DNA of 64,000 bases from Terriglobia bacterium (GCA_965198225.1 CBDAOY010000007.1:384001-448000); one strand, 5' to 3'; counted from the stretch's first letter, positions 11,126-21,990 are shown. A program made the numbers and translations. Notes: generated from the sequence alone by a model not told the origin.

Positions 11126-11446
11126 ATGGACCTTTCCAGCCTGATCGTCGGCATCGCTATCGGAGTCGCGGTGGCATTGCTGATTGTGCTTGTCCTTCGG
11201 GACAAACAGCGTGAAAAACAAACCGCGACCGATACCAGCCAGGAAAACGCTTCCCTTGTCTCCGCCATTCACGAAAGCCAGGTCGCCACACACAAGGCGC
11301 TGGTACAACAACAGCGGCATTTTGCACAATGGATGAACGTCCATGCCGCGGCATCCGCCGCAAAACCCATCCCCAAAGCGAAGCCCCCCGCCCCCGAACC
11401 TGAAGCCGAATTCCCGATTTGCTGGGACATCATCCCCGAAGATTGA
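11126..11446 (+). CDS. Small single-pass membrane protein
   Basis: N-terminal TM helix, Pro/Ala-rich tail; 34 bp upstream of the next gene. Confidence 0.6.
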   Translation: MDLSSLIVGIAIGVAVALLIVLVLRDKQREKQTATDTSQENASLVSAIHESQVATHKALVQQQRHFAQWMNVHAAASAAKPIPKAKPPAPEPEAEFPICWDIIPED

Positions 11447-11480
11447 ACCCTAAATTGACCCAACACTACCCACACCAACC

Positions 11481-13607
11481 ATGGCCACTTCAACGATCAC
11501 CATTTCCGTAGCGGGATTTCCCCCCGGGGCGCCCATTTCCATCCCCATGGGGACCGACATCAACATCGCCATCAATTCCGCTCCCGATGAACTCGTGGCG
11601 ATCGGATTGCGCCTGAAACCGCCCGATGCGACTTTTCACCCTTCCTTCCGCACCGTCAGCCCCCCCAATGCCGACGGCTCGCAAGCGTACGGGCTGTCGC
11701 ATACCAGCTTTTATCCCGCCGGGGAAATAACTGTCCTCAACGCGAACACCTTTAACCTGCTCCCCGGCAACTACCAATTCGTGTCCCTCGTCTATGACCC
11801 TCACCACATCTCGGACGACGGTTCAGGCGCTGTGGAATTCATTTCCAGTAACAGCTTTGAGATTGTGGCCGGTTTCAGCGACGATTTGCTCCCGGCGGGT
11901 AGCCCTTTCGCAAATGTAGGGGCATGGATGGACGCGATTGCCAATGACATGACCGGCCCCGCCCCGAGAATCATGGCGCTCTATGGGGCTGCGGGTGATG
12001 CGCTCAATACCGTCCATACCGGCGATCTCGTGATCCTTGCAGTGAATACTACCGGCATGACGGAAGTGCTGAACAAAGTGGAATTTCACCTGGACATGGG
12101 TGGGGGCGCGGAGGAAATCATTCTTCTTGAAGTCTTTCCTTTTCCAGAATTCATCAATGACGGTGACTGGTTGTCCATCGCGGCGATTCCCGCACCGGGA
12201 TTGAACATGGGTACAAGGCTCAAGCTGTTTTATGTGCCAGGGCACCAGACCTATACGCAGCAACAGGGGCAACTCCGGCTTGCCCTTTCGTACCGAAATC
12301 CCGCGGACCAACTCCTCAGTGTACCTGTAACGCTCACGGACGATCCCGTCATTGTGCTGAACAACAACAGCCATATTGACGCCGCCGGCAATCCGGTTCC
12401 GCACCAGCGGAAGAAAATCACCGTTGCGACCATCGGCGCGGATTATCCGGAGGCGCATTACGACGCCTACGCGCAGGAGCTCAGCGATTTCTTCCAATTT
12501 GCCTGCCGCGACTATTTCGCCATTGAGGTCACCATTCACAACTACCGCCTCTCAGACTTCCCGATCGATTATGCGGGCTGGTGGAGTGGTTTGCCAAAAG
12601 TCCCCGAGGGCGCGGTACTGGATCCCATGAATCCGGATGACATGTTTTTCATCCAGCTCATTTATGCACATGAGCACAATATGGTGAACCAGCCCTCCCT
12701 TGAGTCGCTGCACCCGCTGCAAGCGGACGGGGAGGACATTACCCTTTACATGTTGATGCAATTTTCCGGCGGGGGAGGGGCGGCCCAAAACGCCTGCGAG
12801 ATTCAAACGCGTTTCACCGCCGGGCTCATGTCCCAGGATTATAAGGTGGACGGGAATTACCAGGCGCCCTCCGAGATGAACGATCCAGCGGCGATCTGGG
12901 ACACACCGGCGAAACGGGCGGTGGAAGTGAATATTTGCGCGCACGAGATCGGGCATGCGTTTTGGAAAAGGCCTGTCCGGAGAGACATCGGGCATGCAAA
13001 CGCTTATCATATGCACGAGGCGCAATACGGCGGCGGTCGATTTTACCGGTTCATTCGCTACCTGGATGCGGAGAATGCGGTCGACGCATACAATGCCCGC
13101 GTTGCAATTGGCTGGGGAAACACGCTCATGTCCTATTCCCGCAACCGGAACAACCTTGACCAGCGCCTCCTCTTGGACCAGCTCGGGCCGCTCATTCCGC
13201 TTTACGCACCTCCGGAGCTCAGTTTTCTCGTAAAAGCCGTGGGCGCTCCCGTCGGGACGGCCGGACCCACGATCACCATCAATGCCGGTGACTCCGTGGA
13301 GTTAGTGCTACAAGGCAGTTCTCCCAGCGGATTGCGCATGATGTGGTGGTTCGAACAAGGTGCACCCGCCGTCAGCACAATGTATACCTACGGGCATATC
13401 GACAGCTACCAGCGGATTTATGAAGCGCTGGAAATCGAATTGGTCACGTTTGATGATCCGGGTGTGTATGTTCTGCAGTCAAATTGCCGTGACATCCTCT
13501 ATTACATAGCGCACGGCGGGACGCAGTCGAATGCGGATACGCGGGGCAATCCTCACCAGGCTTCTGAAAACGTGGGCCTGCGCGCGGTGACAATAACGGT
13601 GAATTAG
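11481..13607 (+). CDS. Putative zincin-like metallopeptidase with Ig/PKD-like flanking domains
   Basis: 708-aa ORF; NICAHEIGHAF (HExxH), later NTLMSY (Met-turn-like); beta-rich termini. Confidence 0.65.
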   Translation: MATSTITISVAGFPPGAPISIPMGTDINIAINSAPDELVAIGLRLKPPDATFHPSFRTVSPPNADGSQAYGLSHTSFYPAGEITVLNANTFNLLPGNYQFVSLVYDPHHISDDGSGAVEFISSNSFEIVAGFSDDLLPAGSPFANVGAWMDAIANDMTGPAPRIMALYGAAGDALNTVHTGDLVILAVNTTGMTEVLNKVEFHLDMGGGAEEIILLEVFPFPEFINDGDWLSIAAIPAPGLNMGTRLKLFYVPGHQTYTQQQGQLRLALSYRNPADQLLSVPVTLTDDPVIVLNNNSHIDAAGNPVPHQRKKITVATIGADYPEAHYDAYAQELSDFFQFACRDYFAIEVTIHNYRLSDFPIDYAGWWSGLPKVPEGAVLDPMNPDDMFFIQLIYAHEHNMVNQPSLESLHPLQADGEDITLYMLMQFSGGGGAAQNACEIQTRFTAGLMSQDYKVDGNYQAPSEMNDPAAIWDTPAKRAVEVNICAHEIGHAFWKRPVRRDIGHANAYHMHEAQYGGGRFYRFIRYLDAENAVDAYNARVAIGWGNTLMSYSRNRNNLDQRLLLDQLGPLIPLYAPPELSFLVKAVGAPVGTAGPTITINAGDSVELVLQGSSPSGLRMMWWFEQGAPAVSTMYTYGHIDSYQRIYEALEIELVTFDDPGVYVLQSNCRDILYYIAHGGTQSNADTRGNPHQASENVGLRAVTITVN

Positions 13608-13868
13608 ATCCTGCGGGGATTAGAAAAAGGATGGGAGATTCCGCGAGACGCTGGTGCATGGTCGGCCGGGTGTAAAACCGTGGCAAAGTCGCTTCCTAAC
13701 GCATTTCTCCCGTTTTCGTCATCACAATAGGTTGGCGTGAACATGTCTTCAACGGGAAATCAACACCCGACGTCTGTCGGGCTGTTGACCGCCGCCCCTA
13801 TGCCGATCGAATCCCCTTATCGGCTCGGTCAGTTCCCGGCGCGAATCAAACGTGGCAGGGCCTGTACC

Positions 13869-14560
13869 TGGGGATAAGTAAAACTGGGATAAGTAAAACA
13901 AGAGGGGTTCGGAGGGCAGGGGGTGGCGGGACGCACGGCGGAACTGTCGCCGTTGGGCTGTTGTTTTGGAGTTGCAGGGTGGCAGAAACGCCCGACACGC
14001 AGAATCGCACGGGCCGAAGCGCACGAATCCCGCGTCGGCTTTCGAGCCGTGTTCAGAACCAGTCCGGTGGAGTGGAATGCATGGAGGCGGCCGGGTGAAC
14101 GGGTGGCGCACGCGGGGGTAGACCGAGGCAGTCCAGGATTTTCTGTGTCGCCTCGGGAGGATGAATTGTGGCGAGGACTCGCATGCGGCCGAAGCAGCTG
14201 GGACATTCCAGGACATCGAAGGCCCCAATGCGTTTCATCAATTCCGCCCAGGTATAGTTCCGCGGATGTGGAACGGTGCGGGGCCCCACCGCTACAGATC
14301 CCCCGGGCGCGACGGCTCTCGAGGGACGAGCTTCCGGAGCGCAGGCAGCGTCGGGCATCGGCAGAGGCTCTGCGGCAGTTTGGGTGGGCACGATCAAGTA
14401 TCTCCATTTGGCCGCTGGCGCCAGGATTCCGCTGTATCGAACTAGGTGGGTTCGTGGAGCGGGCACGAGCGCCGAAAGTTTTTCCAGCAACTCCAACCCC
14501 TCAAAAACGACATGCGTCGTCCCGTCGCGCTAGGGGCGTTTGAAGCGATAGAGCAGTCAG
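13869..14560 (-). mobile_element. IS91-family (Y2 rolling-circle) transposase C-terminal remnant plus ori end
   Basis: YRFKRP*RDGTTHVVFEGLELLEKLSALVPAPRTHLVRYSGILAP..WAELMKR..DVLECPSCFGRMR; in-frame stop; terminal 15-mer tandemly duplicated at 13869-13899. Confidence 0.85.
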
Positions 14561-14625
14561 CTACAACCTGTCTCGTAACTGGGCCAACGTCACTTACTAT
14601 GCCGATCTGACCGTTCCCAATTAGA

Positions 14626-17600
14626 TCAACAAAGCTCTCCGGAATCTTCCAAACCAAATCGCTGTAGTTCAAACTCGGTCAATCTTTTCTCGAAGAGGCG
14701 CGAACACGCCAGATCTATCAGCGGCTCATCGGCAACGGTCCAGACGCGTGCTTCGCTATCCCAAGAGGCCGTCACGACACGTGTCCCGTCCGGGTTGAAA
14801 ACGGCCGTGGTCACCCTCCCCTCATGGCCCCTCAGTACGACTGGTTCTCCGCCGCGCTCTGCCGCCCAGATTCGGGCGGTGCCATCGTCAGACGTGGTCA
14901 CCACCCGTGCCCCGTCCTGGCTGAAAACGGCTGTGTTTATCATCCGCTCATGGCCTATCAGCACGATTGGTTCGCCGCTGCCGTCTACCGCCCATATTCG
15001 TGCGGTGAAATCAGTGGAGCCGGTCACCACACGCGCTCCGTCGTGGCTGAAAGCGGCCGTGGTTACCCTCCCCTCATGGCCCCTCAGCACGACTAGTTCT
15101 CCACCGCGCTCTGCCGCCCAGATTCGGGCGGTGCCATCGTCAGAGGCGGTCACCACACGCGTTCCGTCCGGGCTGAAAGCGGCCGCGCCTACCCGATCGT
15201 CATGGATGAGGACGATTGGCTCGCTGCCACCGTCTGTTGCCCATATTCGCGCGGTGCCATCACCAGAGACGGTCACCACACGGCTCCCATCCGGGCTGAA
15301 AGCAGCCTCGTACACCCAATCCTCATGCCCGCTTAGGACGGTCGGTTCGTCGCTGCCGTCCGCTGCCCAGATTCGTGCCGTGCCATCTTGAGAAGCAGTC
15401 ACAACACGTGTCCCGTTTCGACTGAAGGCAGCTGTGTATACCAAAGCGCTATGGCCTCTCAGCACGATTGATTCGCCGCTGCCGTCTGCCGCCCAGACCC
15501 GTGCGGTACCATCCCAGGACGCGGTCACAACGCGTGTTCCGTCGGCGCTAAATGCGGCTGTGCGCACCTCCTCCTCGTGGTCCCTCAGTACGATGGGTTG
15601 GCCGCTGCCGTCTGCCGTCCAGATCCGTGCGGTGCCATCGCTAGAGGCGGTCACCACACGTGTTCCGTCTCGCGAGAATGAGGCTGTCTGTATGTTGTCC
15701 TCGTGGCCTCTCAAGACGGTTGGTTCTCCGCTGTCGCCCACCGCCCAGACCCGTGCAGTGCCATCTTTAGCGCCGGTCACCACCTGCGTTCCGTCCCGGC
15801 TGAAAACGGCTGTGTATACCAGAGTGTTATGGCCACCCAGGACGATGGGTTCACCGCTACCGTCTGCCGCCCAGACCCGTGCGGAAGAATCGTCGGAGGT
15901 CGTCACGACGCGTGTTCCATCGGGGCTGAAGACGGCTGTGCGGACAGTATTCTCATGACCTCTTAAGAGAATTGGATCGCTGTTGCCGTCTGCCGCCCAG
16001 ACCCGTGCGGTACCTTCATTGGAGACGGTTACGACACGCATTCCGTCCGGGCTGAAAGCGGCTGAATATACGCCGGCCTCATGGTCCAGAATCACGGGGT
16101 CCCTGCCGCCGTCAGCTGCCCAGACCCGCACGGTGCCATCACTAGAGGCGGTTACCACACGCGCTCCGTCAGGGCTGAAAGCGGCCGTGTTTACCCAATC
16201 CCTATGGCCCCACAGGACGATTGGTTCGCCGCTGCCGTTCGCCGCCCAGACCCGTGCGCTGCCATCCCAAGAGGCGGTCACCACGCGCGTTCCGTCGGCG
16301 CTAAACGCGGCTGTGCTCACCGTCTCCTCGTGGCCCCTCAGTACGACTGGTTCTCCGCCGCCCTCAGCCGCCCAGACGCGTGCGGTGTCATCCCAAGAGG
16401 CCGTCACCACGCGTGTTCCATCTGGGTTGAAAGCGGCGGTAAGAACCCGACCGTCATGTCCCCTCAGGACGACCGGTTCTCCGCCACCCTCTACCGCCCA
16501 GATTCGTGCGCTGCCGTCCAAAGAGGCGGTCACCACGCGCGTTCCGTCGGCGCTAAACGCGGCTGTGCGCACCTCCTCCTCGTGGCCCCTCAAGACGATT
16601 GGTTCACCGCGGCAGTCGGCCGCCCAGACCCGCGCGGCAGAATCAACGGAGACGGTAACGACGCGTGTTCCGTCGGGGCTGAAAGCGGCTGTGGTTACGT
16701 CACCGCCTTGGCCACGACATATTGCCCGCTCGTGGTTCGCTAGCGCACTGGCGTATAGAGCAGACCAAACTGATGGCAGAACACTGGAACCCCCCATCGG
16801 CGTCATTTCCAACGTTCGTGCAATTCTGAGAGCCGACAACGAAAGGCGTGTAGCTGTCGCACCGCGGCCGGCTTCGACCTCAGAGAAGGAAAGTGCAGTG
16901 AGTGCACCTACCCGGTTTACGCGTGCGGTTCTTTCGTTCGCTCGGGCTTCTCTTGCATTCTCTTGGGCCGCTCTATCGTTCGCTTCGGCCTCTTGGAGGT
17001 TTTGTTGGGCTAACTCCCGTTGGTGCAAAGCATAGCCACCCAATCCGGTGAGGACGACAATCAGCACGGCCGCCGTGCTCGCCCAGATCTGGCGCTGTCT
17101 GCGCTTGCGCGCTTCGTCGCGCTGTTCTATCTCGGCTCGCTCGCGATCATAGATCCGCGCAAGCAGGCTGTACCATGCATCTCGGAAGCGTCCGCGGTCG
17201 ATTTTTCCTTTGCGCTGGTCGAAGCCCCGATAATCAATCGCCAGCGGCGTCGCCACTTTCTCAAGGAGCGCTCGTGAAAACGCGGCTTCGTTAGGGGCTG
17301 ATTTGGCCTCGTTGTTGGGCAGCCCGGCAGCAAGCACCGGAATGACATCGTTCGTGCTACGCGCTGAGAGGAAGCGTCGGATCTCGTCGTCCACAAACTC
17401 ACTGCGCGCCGCCGCCGGCGTACAGATGACAATCAGTTTGCGCGCGGCATGCAGTGATTTCTCAATTGACTTGTGATAATCGCTTCCAACCAAATCTTCC
17501 TGGTCGCGGAAGACATCAATCCTCTTGGCCTCAAGCCCGATTCCAGACGGCGGCTTGAATCTTTCTAACCCACGCGCCAGCCGCTCGGCGAAACCTTTGT

Positions 17601-17685
17601 CTGAACGACTGTAGCTAACAAAGGCGTCGTAACGATTGTCCTCCGTTTGGCTCTGACCGGTTCCCGTCTCGGGCTTCGCTGGCAC
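14626..17685 (-). CDS. TIR - transmembrane - WD40 (16 repeats) protein
   Basis: YDAFVSYSRSD..SEFVDDEI TIR; TM AVLIVVLTGLGGYAL; 16 GH..AAFSPDG..ARVW repeats; GTG start at 17685 with AGGAGG RBS. Confidence 0.9.
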   Translation of the reverse strand: MPAKPETGTGQSQTEDNRYDAFVSYSRSDKGFAERLARGLERFKPPSGIGLEAKRIDVFRDQEDLVGSDYHKSIEKSLHAARKLIVICTPAAARSEFVDDEIRRFLSARSTNDVIPVLAAGLPNNEAKSAPNEAAFSRALLEKVATPLAIDYRGFDQRKGKIDRGRFRDAWYSLLARIYDRERAEIEQRDEARKRRQRQIWASTAAVLIVVLTGLGGYALHQRELAQQNLQEAEANDRAAQENAREARANERTARVNRVGALTALSFSEVEAGRGATATRLSLSALRIARTLEMTPMGGSSVLPSVWSALYASALANHERAICRGQGGDVTTAAFSPDGTRVVTVSVDSAARVWAADCRGEPIVLRGHEEEVRTAAFSADGTRVVTASLDGSARIWAVEGGGEPVVLRGHDGRVLTAAFNPDGTRVVTASWDDTARVWAAEGGGEPVVLRGHEETVSTAAFSADGTRVVTASWDGSARVWAANGSGEPIVLWGHRDWVNTAAFSPDGARVVTASSDGTVRVWAADGGRDPVILDHEAGVYSAAFSPDGMRVVTVSNEGTARVWAADGNSDPILLRGHENTVRTAVFSPDGTRVVTTSDDSSARVWAADGSGEPIVLGGHNTLVYTAVFSRDGTQVVTGAKDGTARVWAVGDSGEPTVLRGHEDNIQTASFSRDGTRVVTASSDGTARIWTADGSGQPIVLRDHEEEVRTAAFSADGTRVVTASWDGTARVWAADGSGESIVLRGHSALVYTAAFSRNGTRVVTASQDGTARIWAADGSDEPTVLSGHEDWVYEAAFSPDGSRVVTVSGDGTARIWATDGGSEPIVLIHDDRVGAAAFSPDGTRVVTASDDGTARIWAAERGGELVVLRGHEGRVTTAAFSHDGARVVTGSTDFTARIWAVDGSGEPIVLIGHERMINTAVFSQDGARVVTTSDDGTARIWAAERGGEPVVLRGHEGRVTTAVFNPDGTRVVTASWDSEARVWTVADEPLIDLACSRLFEKRLTEFELQRFGLEDSGELC

Positions 17686-17815
17686 GTCACGTTCCTCCTG
17701 AAAGGCTCGATTCCAACAGGTACTCTGGCAAATTACTCTAGGTGATTGGGCTTCAACTTCATAGGCTAAATGTGGGTGTGATGGGTACGACCTCGGTGGA
17801 CATTGACAATGTAGC

Positions 17816-17935
17816 TCATCCGAGCTTCTCACGAAGCGCTTCGTAGGGCGTCTTGCCCTGAAACGCTCCGTGTGGACGGTGGTAGTTGTAGAAGTTCTCC
17901 CATTCCGCGAGCTTCGCGGTGAGGTCGACGTCACG
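17816..17935 (-). pseudogene. IS481/IS3-like DDE transposase C-terminal remnant
   Basis: KLAEWENFYNYHRPHGAFQGKTPYEALREKL. Confidence 0.75.
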
Positions 17936-18391
17936 ACGCCTACCGGCCTCGCAATCCGGAAGAAAACTCGCTTTTTCCGTGCCGGCTGCCATCAACAACT
18001 CCGGCGTCAGAGCGACGATATGTCGCGCTTGTCTTTTGTTGGCCGACTTCCATCGGGTTGTTGGTACAGGCGTTCAAGTTCTGGCTCCTGGCCGAACACT
18101 GCAGACGCACAGAAGCACGGAGTGAAGCTGGACACCCGCGGGCGGTGGCAGTGGTATCGCACCCAGGCTCGCGAAGTTCAGCAAGCGCGATTTGCAGACG
18201 ATAGCGTCTGGGTGAACGCGCGACGTGGCTGGAATCGACTGCTGAAGAGATTGCGAACCGTCTTCGATCCGATAAACCGGCCTGCGACAGTCAGATCCAG
18301 AAGCCCGCGTTGCCCAAGACGACCATGGACAGCCGAAGCCACCCGCTGTACGCTACGCGGACGAAAGCTTCAGTATGGAATGGAGGGAATC

Positions 18392-19699
18392 GTGCGTCTC
18401 ACAGGACTGTTCGTCATCGCTGCGTGTCTCACGCTGTCGCCGGTCACGGAAGCCCAGGAGCGGTGGCCAGAGCCCGACCCGGAAATGCTCGAGCGGGCTC
18501 GGGCACTGCTGGCCGAGGTCCCGCTCATCGACGGGCACAACGACCTGCCCTCGTCACTCATCGAGATGGTCGACGGAAACCTGGATCGAGTCGATCTCTC
18601 CGTCCGCCAGCCGGAACTGCCGGCCGACATCCCGCGCCTGCGGGAAGGCATGGTTGGTGGCCAGTTCTGGTCGGTGTTTACTCCCTCCGAAGCTGAAGAC
18701 GCCGGGATGGCGCTCAAGAATGCGATCGACGAGTTCGATGTCGTTCACGAATTCGTGAGCCGTTATCCGGATTTCGAACTCGCATCGACGGCCGACGACA
18801 TCCTGCGCATTCACCGGGAAGGCAGGATCGCGTCAATGATCGGTGTCGAGGGCGGCCACATGATCGAGAACTCGCTGGGGGCGCTCCGGATGTTCCATCG
18901 GCTCGGCGCGCGGTATATGACCCTCAGTCATTTTGGTTCCAACGACTGGGCCGACGCCGCCACCGACCGACCTACCTACGACGGGCTGACCGAGTTCGGA
19001 GAAGAAGTCGTCCGGGAGCTGAACCGGGTCGGGATTTTCGTAGACCTGTCCCACGTCAGCGCGGAGACGATGAAGGATGCCTTACGGGTGAGCACGGCAC
19101 CCGTGATCTACTCGCACTCCGGCGCGAGGGCGATCAACGCGCATGTCCGGAACGTACCGGACGACGTCCTGCGGCTCGTGGCCGAGAACGGGGGCGTCGT
19201 GATGGTGGACTTCGTCGCCGGCTACGTCCCACCGACGCCGGAAGAGTGGCGCAACCTCAGCGGTCCCGAAGGAGAGCGTATCCACAGATCGGTGATTCGT
19301 TCCCCGGATGAACCCGCCTGGTCCACCCGAAGGAATGCCGAGGCGGAACGACTGCGGGTGGAACTGGACGACCAGGAAGAGATCGATCGAAGACTCGCCG
19401 CCTGGATAGAGCGCAATCCGGCGCCCCGCGGCAACGTCGGAGACGTCGCCGACCACATCGATCACATTCGAGAGGTCGCCGGCATCGACCACATCGGCAT
19501 CGGTTCGGACTTCTACGACAACGGAGAATCGTCGATGGCCCATGGACTCGAAGACGTCACGCGGTTCCCCGTCCTGATCGCCGAACTCCTGCGGCGGGAC
19601 TATACCGCGGAGGAAGTAAAGAAGATTGCGGGCCTCAACCTCATTCGCGCGATGCGCGAGATGGAGCAGGTTGCGGCGCGACTCCGGAGAGAACGATGA
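18392..19699 (+). CDS. Membrane dipeptidase (peptidase M19), secreted
   Basis: LIDGHNDLP, GVEGGH, DLSHVS, YSHSGA, HIGIGSDF; GGAGGG RBS before GTG. Confidence 0.92.
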   Translation: MRLTGLFVIAACLTLSPVTEAQERWPEPDPEMLERARALLAEVPLIDGHNDLPSSLIEMVDGNLDRVDLSVRQPELPADIPRLREGMVGGQFWSVFTPSEAEDAGMALKNAIDEFDVVHEFVSRYPDFELASTADDILRIHREGRIASMIGVEGGHMIENSLGALRMFHRLGARYMTLSHFGSNDWADAATDRPTYDGLTEFGEEVVRELNRVGIFVDLSHVSAETMKDALRVSTAPVIYSHSGARAINAHVRNVPDDVLRLVAENGGVVMVDFVAGYVPPTPEEWRNLSGPEGERIHRSVIRSPDEPAWSTRRNAEAERLRVELDDQEEIDRRLAAWIERNPAPRGNVGDVADHIDHIREVAGIDHIGIGSDFYDNGESSMAHGLEDVTRFPVLIAELLRRDYTAEEVKKIAGLNLIRAMREMEQVAARLRRER

Positions 19700-19708
19700 C
19701 CCAAGCGG

Positions 19709-19780
19709 GTGTAGGTGCGGTCTGTGACCGCACAATTTGTGGTTCGCGAGAATTTGTGCGCTCATAGAGCGCACCTACAC
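19709..19780. repeat. GTAG-family REP doublet (REPIN-like)
   Basis: GTGTAG-GTGCGGTC-TGT-GACCGCAC plus inverted GTGCGCTC-ATA-GAGCGCAC-CTACAC. Confidence 0.85.
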
Positions 19781-19946
19781 AGCTGACAGCTGCCTCCGGG
19801 AGGGGTGGAAGAAGATTGCCGTCGGGGGAGCAGTGAGGGTATCGTACGGTCCGAACTTCTTCGAGAGTCAATGAAACCGGGGCCTGTGCCCCATGCTATG
19901 CGAGCCGACCCGACAAAGTGGTCGGCAAATGAAGATCGAGGTTGAT

Positions 19947-20780
19947 ATGCGTCGAATATTTCTTTCTCTTGTCTTGTTGTTCGCCCTGGAATCGTCCGCG
20001 TTCGCGACATGGTCGGTGATCGCTGTCGACCGAAGCACAGGGCGAGTCGTGATCGCTTCCGCCACGTGCACAGGCAGAACCGACGACTTCCTGAAGGACC
20101 TGCAGGCCGTGGTCGTTCCCGGTATGGGGGTCGCCGCCTGCCAGGCGGGGGCGGACGGCACGCATCAAAACCAGACGTTGGTCTTTGAGGAGCTCCAGAA
20201 GGGGACCGATCCTCAGCAGATCATCGAGCTGTTGAGCCAGGATCCGGGATTCCAGCGTCGTCAGTTCGGAATCGTCGACCTAGAGGGCCGGATGGCCGGT
20301 CACTCCGGGCTGGGCAACGGTTTCGTCACCCAGAATGTCCAGGGCCAGGTACCCGGGACAGAGATTTTCTATTCGATCCAGGGCAACATCCTTCGGATGC
20401 ATGACGTGGTGCCGAACGGAGTGGAGGCGTTCATCAAGACTGATGGCGGAGTCACCGATCGCGTGATGGCGGCGATGGAAGCGGCGGACGCAGCCGGCGG
20501 CGATAGTCGGTGCACCTGCGAGGTCCCGGCTGTCGAACCCGGACAGGCCGGCATCGCATGCGAGGGACGGACCTCTCTGGTGGCCTACATCCTGGCCGCC
20601 GATCCCGGAGACAGCGACGGTCCCATCGATGCGATCAACTCTCACAACAACGGCGAGTATGCGATGTACGTGACCCTCTCCACTGGATCGATCCGACCCG
20701 ACGAAAACTTGAATCCCGTGAAGACCCTTCGCATGCGCTATGACGCATGGATTAAGGCACACCCGGAGTTCACGAGATAG
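19947..20780 (+). CDS. DUF1028-like (Ntn-hydrolase fold) secreted protein
   Basis: Signal peptide then TWSVIAVD; RQFGIVD, QGNIL, AGGDSRC. Confidence 0.8.
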   Translation: MRRIFLSLVLLFALESSAFATWSVIAVDRSTGRVVIASATCTGRTDDFLKDLQAVVVPGMGVAACQAGADGTHQNQTLVFEELQKGTDPQQIIELLSQDPGFQRRQFGIVDLEGRMAGHSGLGNGFVTQNVQGQVPGTEIFYSIQGNILRMHDVVPNGVEAFIKTDGGVTDRVMAAMEAADAAGGDSRCTCEVPAVEPGQAGIACEGRTSLVAYILAADPGDSDGPIDAINSHNNGEYAMYVTLSTGSIRPDENLNPVKTLRMRYDAWIKAHPEFTR

Positions 20781-20843
20781 GAAGTCCGGAGGAAGCCTGC
20801 CCGAGCGGCGTGAGTGCGAACAACTGTTTCAGAGGAGTAAGAC

Positions 20844-21530
20844 ATGCGATTGGTGCGATCGACGATTGTTTTGGCGGCGGTCTCCGCGATGGTTTTCGCA
20901 GTGGACACTGCGAGGGCAGAGGAACCGGCTGCCGAGGAACGTGAAGCGACCGTGAGTCAGCGCCGTGGGGGTCCACCCCAAGGCCGAGGCGGCCGCGGCC
21001 GGGGGCGCCGACGCGGAGTTGCGACGATGACGGTCTCGTTGACGGCGTGGACCGACGGTGGCAGGATCCCGCTCAAGTACACCCAGGTCGGGGGCGAAAC
21101 TTCACCCGGCGTCGCGTGGAGTAACGTTCCCGCGGGCACTGAGAGCTTCGTGCTGATATTCCACGATCTGGATGCGATGGGACGCACTCGGACCAATACA
21201 ATAATGCATTGGCTGCTGTGGAACATCCCCGCCACGACGACAAGCATCCCGCGGGATCTCCCCGAGGGCTTTGAGCTCGAGGACGGCACGCGCCAGATCA
21301 GCGACAGCGGTCCACGATACAGAGGGCCCGGAGCGATGGCGGGCGGGTCGGTTCATCACTACGTGATGGAACTCTATGCTCTGGACACCATGGTCGACGT
21401 CGAAGTCGTCGCTCGAGTTCCGCGAGGACCGAGTCCGGCAGACAACGCTCGCGCCGCAGTCTTTGAGGCGATGGAGGGACACATCCTCGGGAAGGGTGCC
21501 TACGTCGGACTGTTTCGCCGGCCTCAATAA
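20844..21530 (+). CDS. YbhB/YbcL (PEBP/Raf kinase inhibitor-like) protein
   Basis: SFVLIFHDLD, HWLLWNIP, YRGPG..HHYVMELYALD. Confidence 0.88.
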   Translation: MRLVRSTIVLAAVSAMVFAVDTARAEEPAAEEREATVSQRRGGPPQGRGGRGRGRRRGVATMTVSLTAWTDGGRIPLKYTQVGGETSPGVAWSNVPAGTESFVLIFHDLDAMGRTRTNTIMHWLLWNIPATTTSIPRDLPEGFELEDGTRQISDSGPRYRGPGAMAGGSVHHYVMELYALDTMVDVEVVARVPRGPSPADNARAAVFEAMEGHILGKGAYVGLFRRPQ

Positions 21531-21606
21531 CGCGAGTGCCGAACCCGATTGCAGGCGGACCGGCTGAATCCGGAGCGAGTCTCGCGTTTCAGCCAGGTCC
21601 GGGTCC

Positions 21607-21990
21607 TTAGAATCTTGAGATGATGTCGAAGAACGTTCCCGCCCTGGAGAATTCGTCCAGATCGCAGAGCCATTGGTAAGCGCCGGCCTTCAGGCCGATC
21701 TGGCCATCCCGGGGTAGAGGCGGGTCGAAGTCGAGTGTCTCTAACGAACCTGCCTCGATCTCAGGGACCGTTGCAGTGCCTTGCCACACCGCAGCACCAC
21801 TGTACGTGTCAAGTATTTGACAGCCCACTTCTTTGTTCTTGTCCTGGACGGCATCCCAATGCACCTGCAAATCCAGAGCCTCGCCTTCGTAGTAGGCCGG
21901 CCGGACTCCCCCCCGGTAGTCCGCCACTCTCACTTTGAATGGCGCACGACACGCCGGTAAGACCAGAAATGCCGCCACGGCAAGGATCAC
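21607..21990 (-). CDS. Hypothetical lipoprotein (start uncertain)
   Basis: Hydrophobic leader ending LVLPAC (lipobox-like). Confidence 0.5.
   Translation of the reverse strand: MILAVAAFLVLPACRAPFKVRVADYRGGVRPAYYEGEALDLQVHWDAVQDKNKEVGCQILDTYSGAAVWQGTATVPEIEAGSLETLDFDPPLPRDGQIGLKAGAYQWLCDLDEFSRAGTFFDIISRF

Noticed and set aside
14795-17035. Long repetitive plus-strand ORFs here and at 40426-42113
   Set aside because: Antisense shadows of the WD40 repeats
17686-18391. Long N-terminal extensions on the TIR-WD40 and dipeptidase ORFs
   Set aside because: They run through IS debris; better starts with RBS exist at 17685 and 18392
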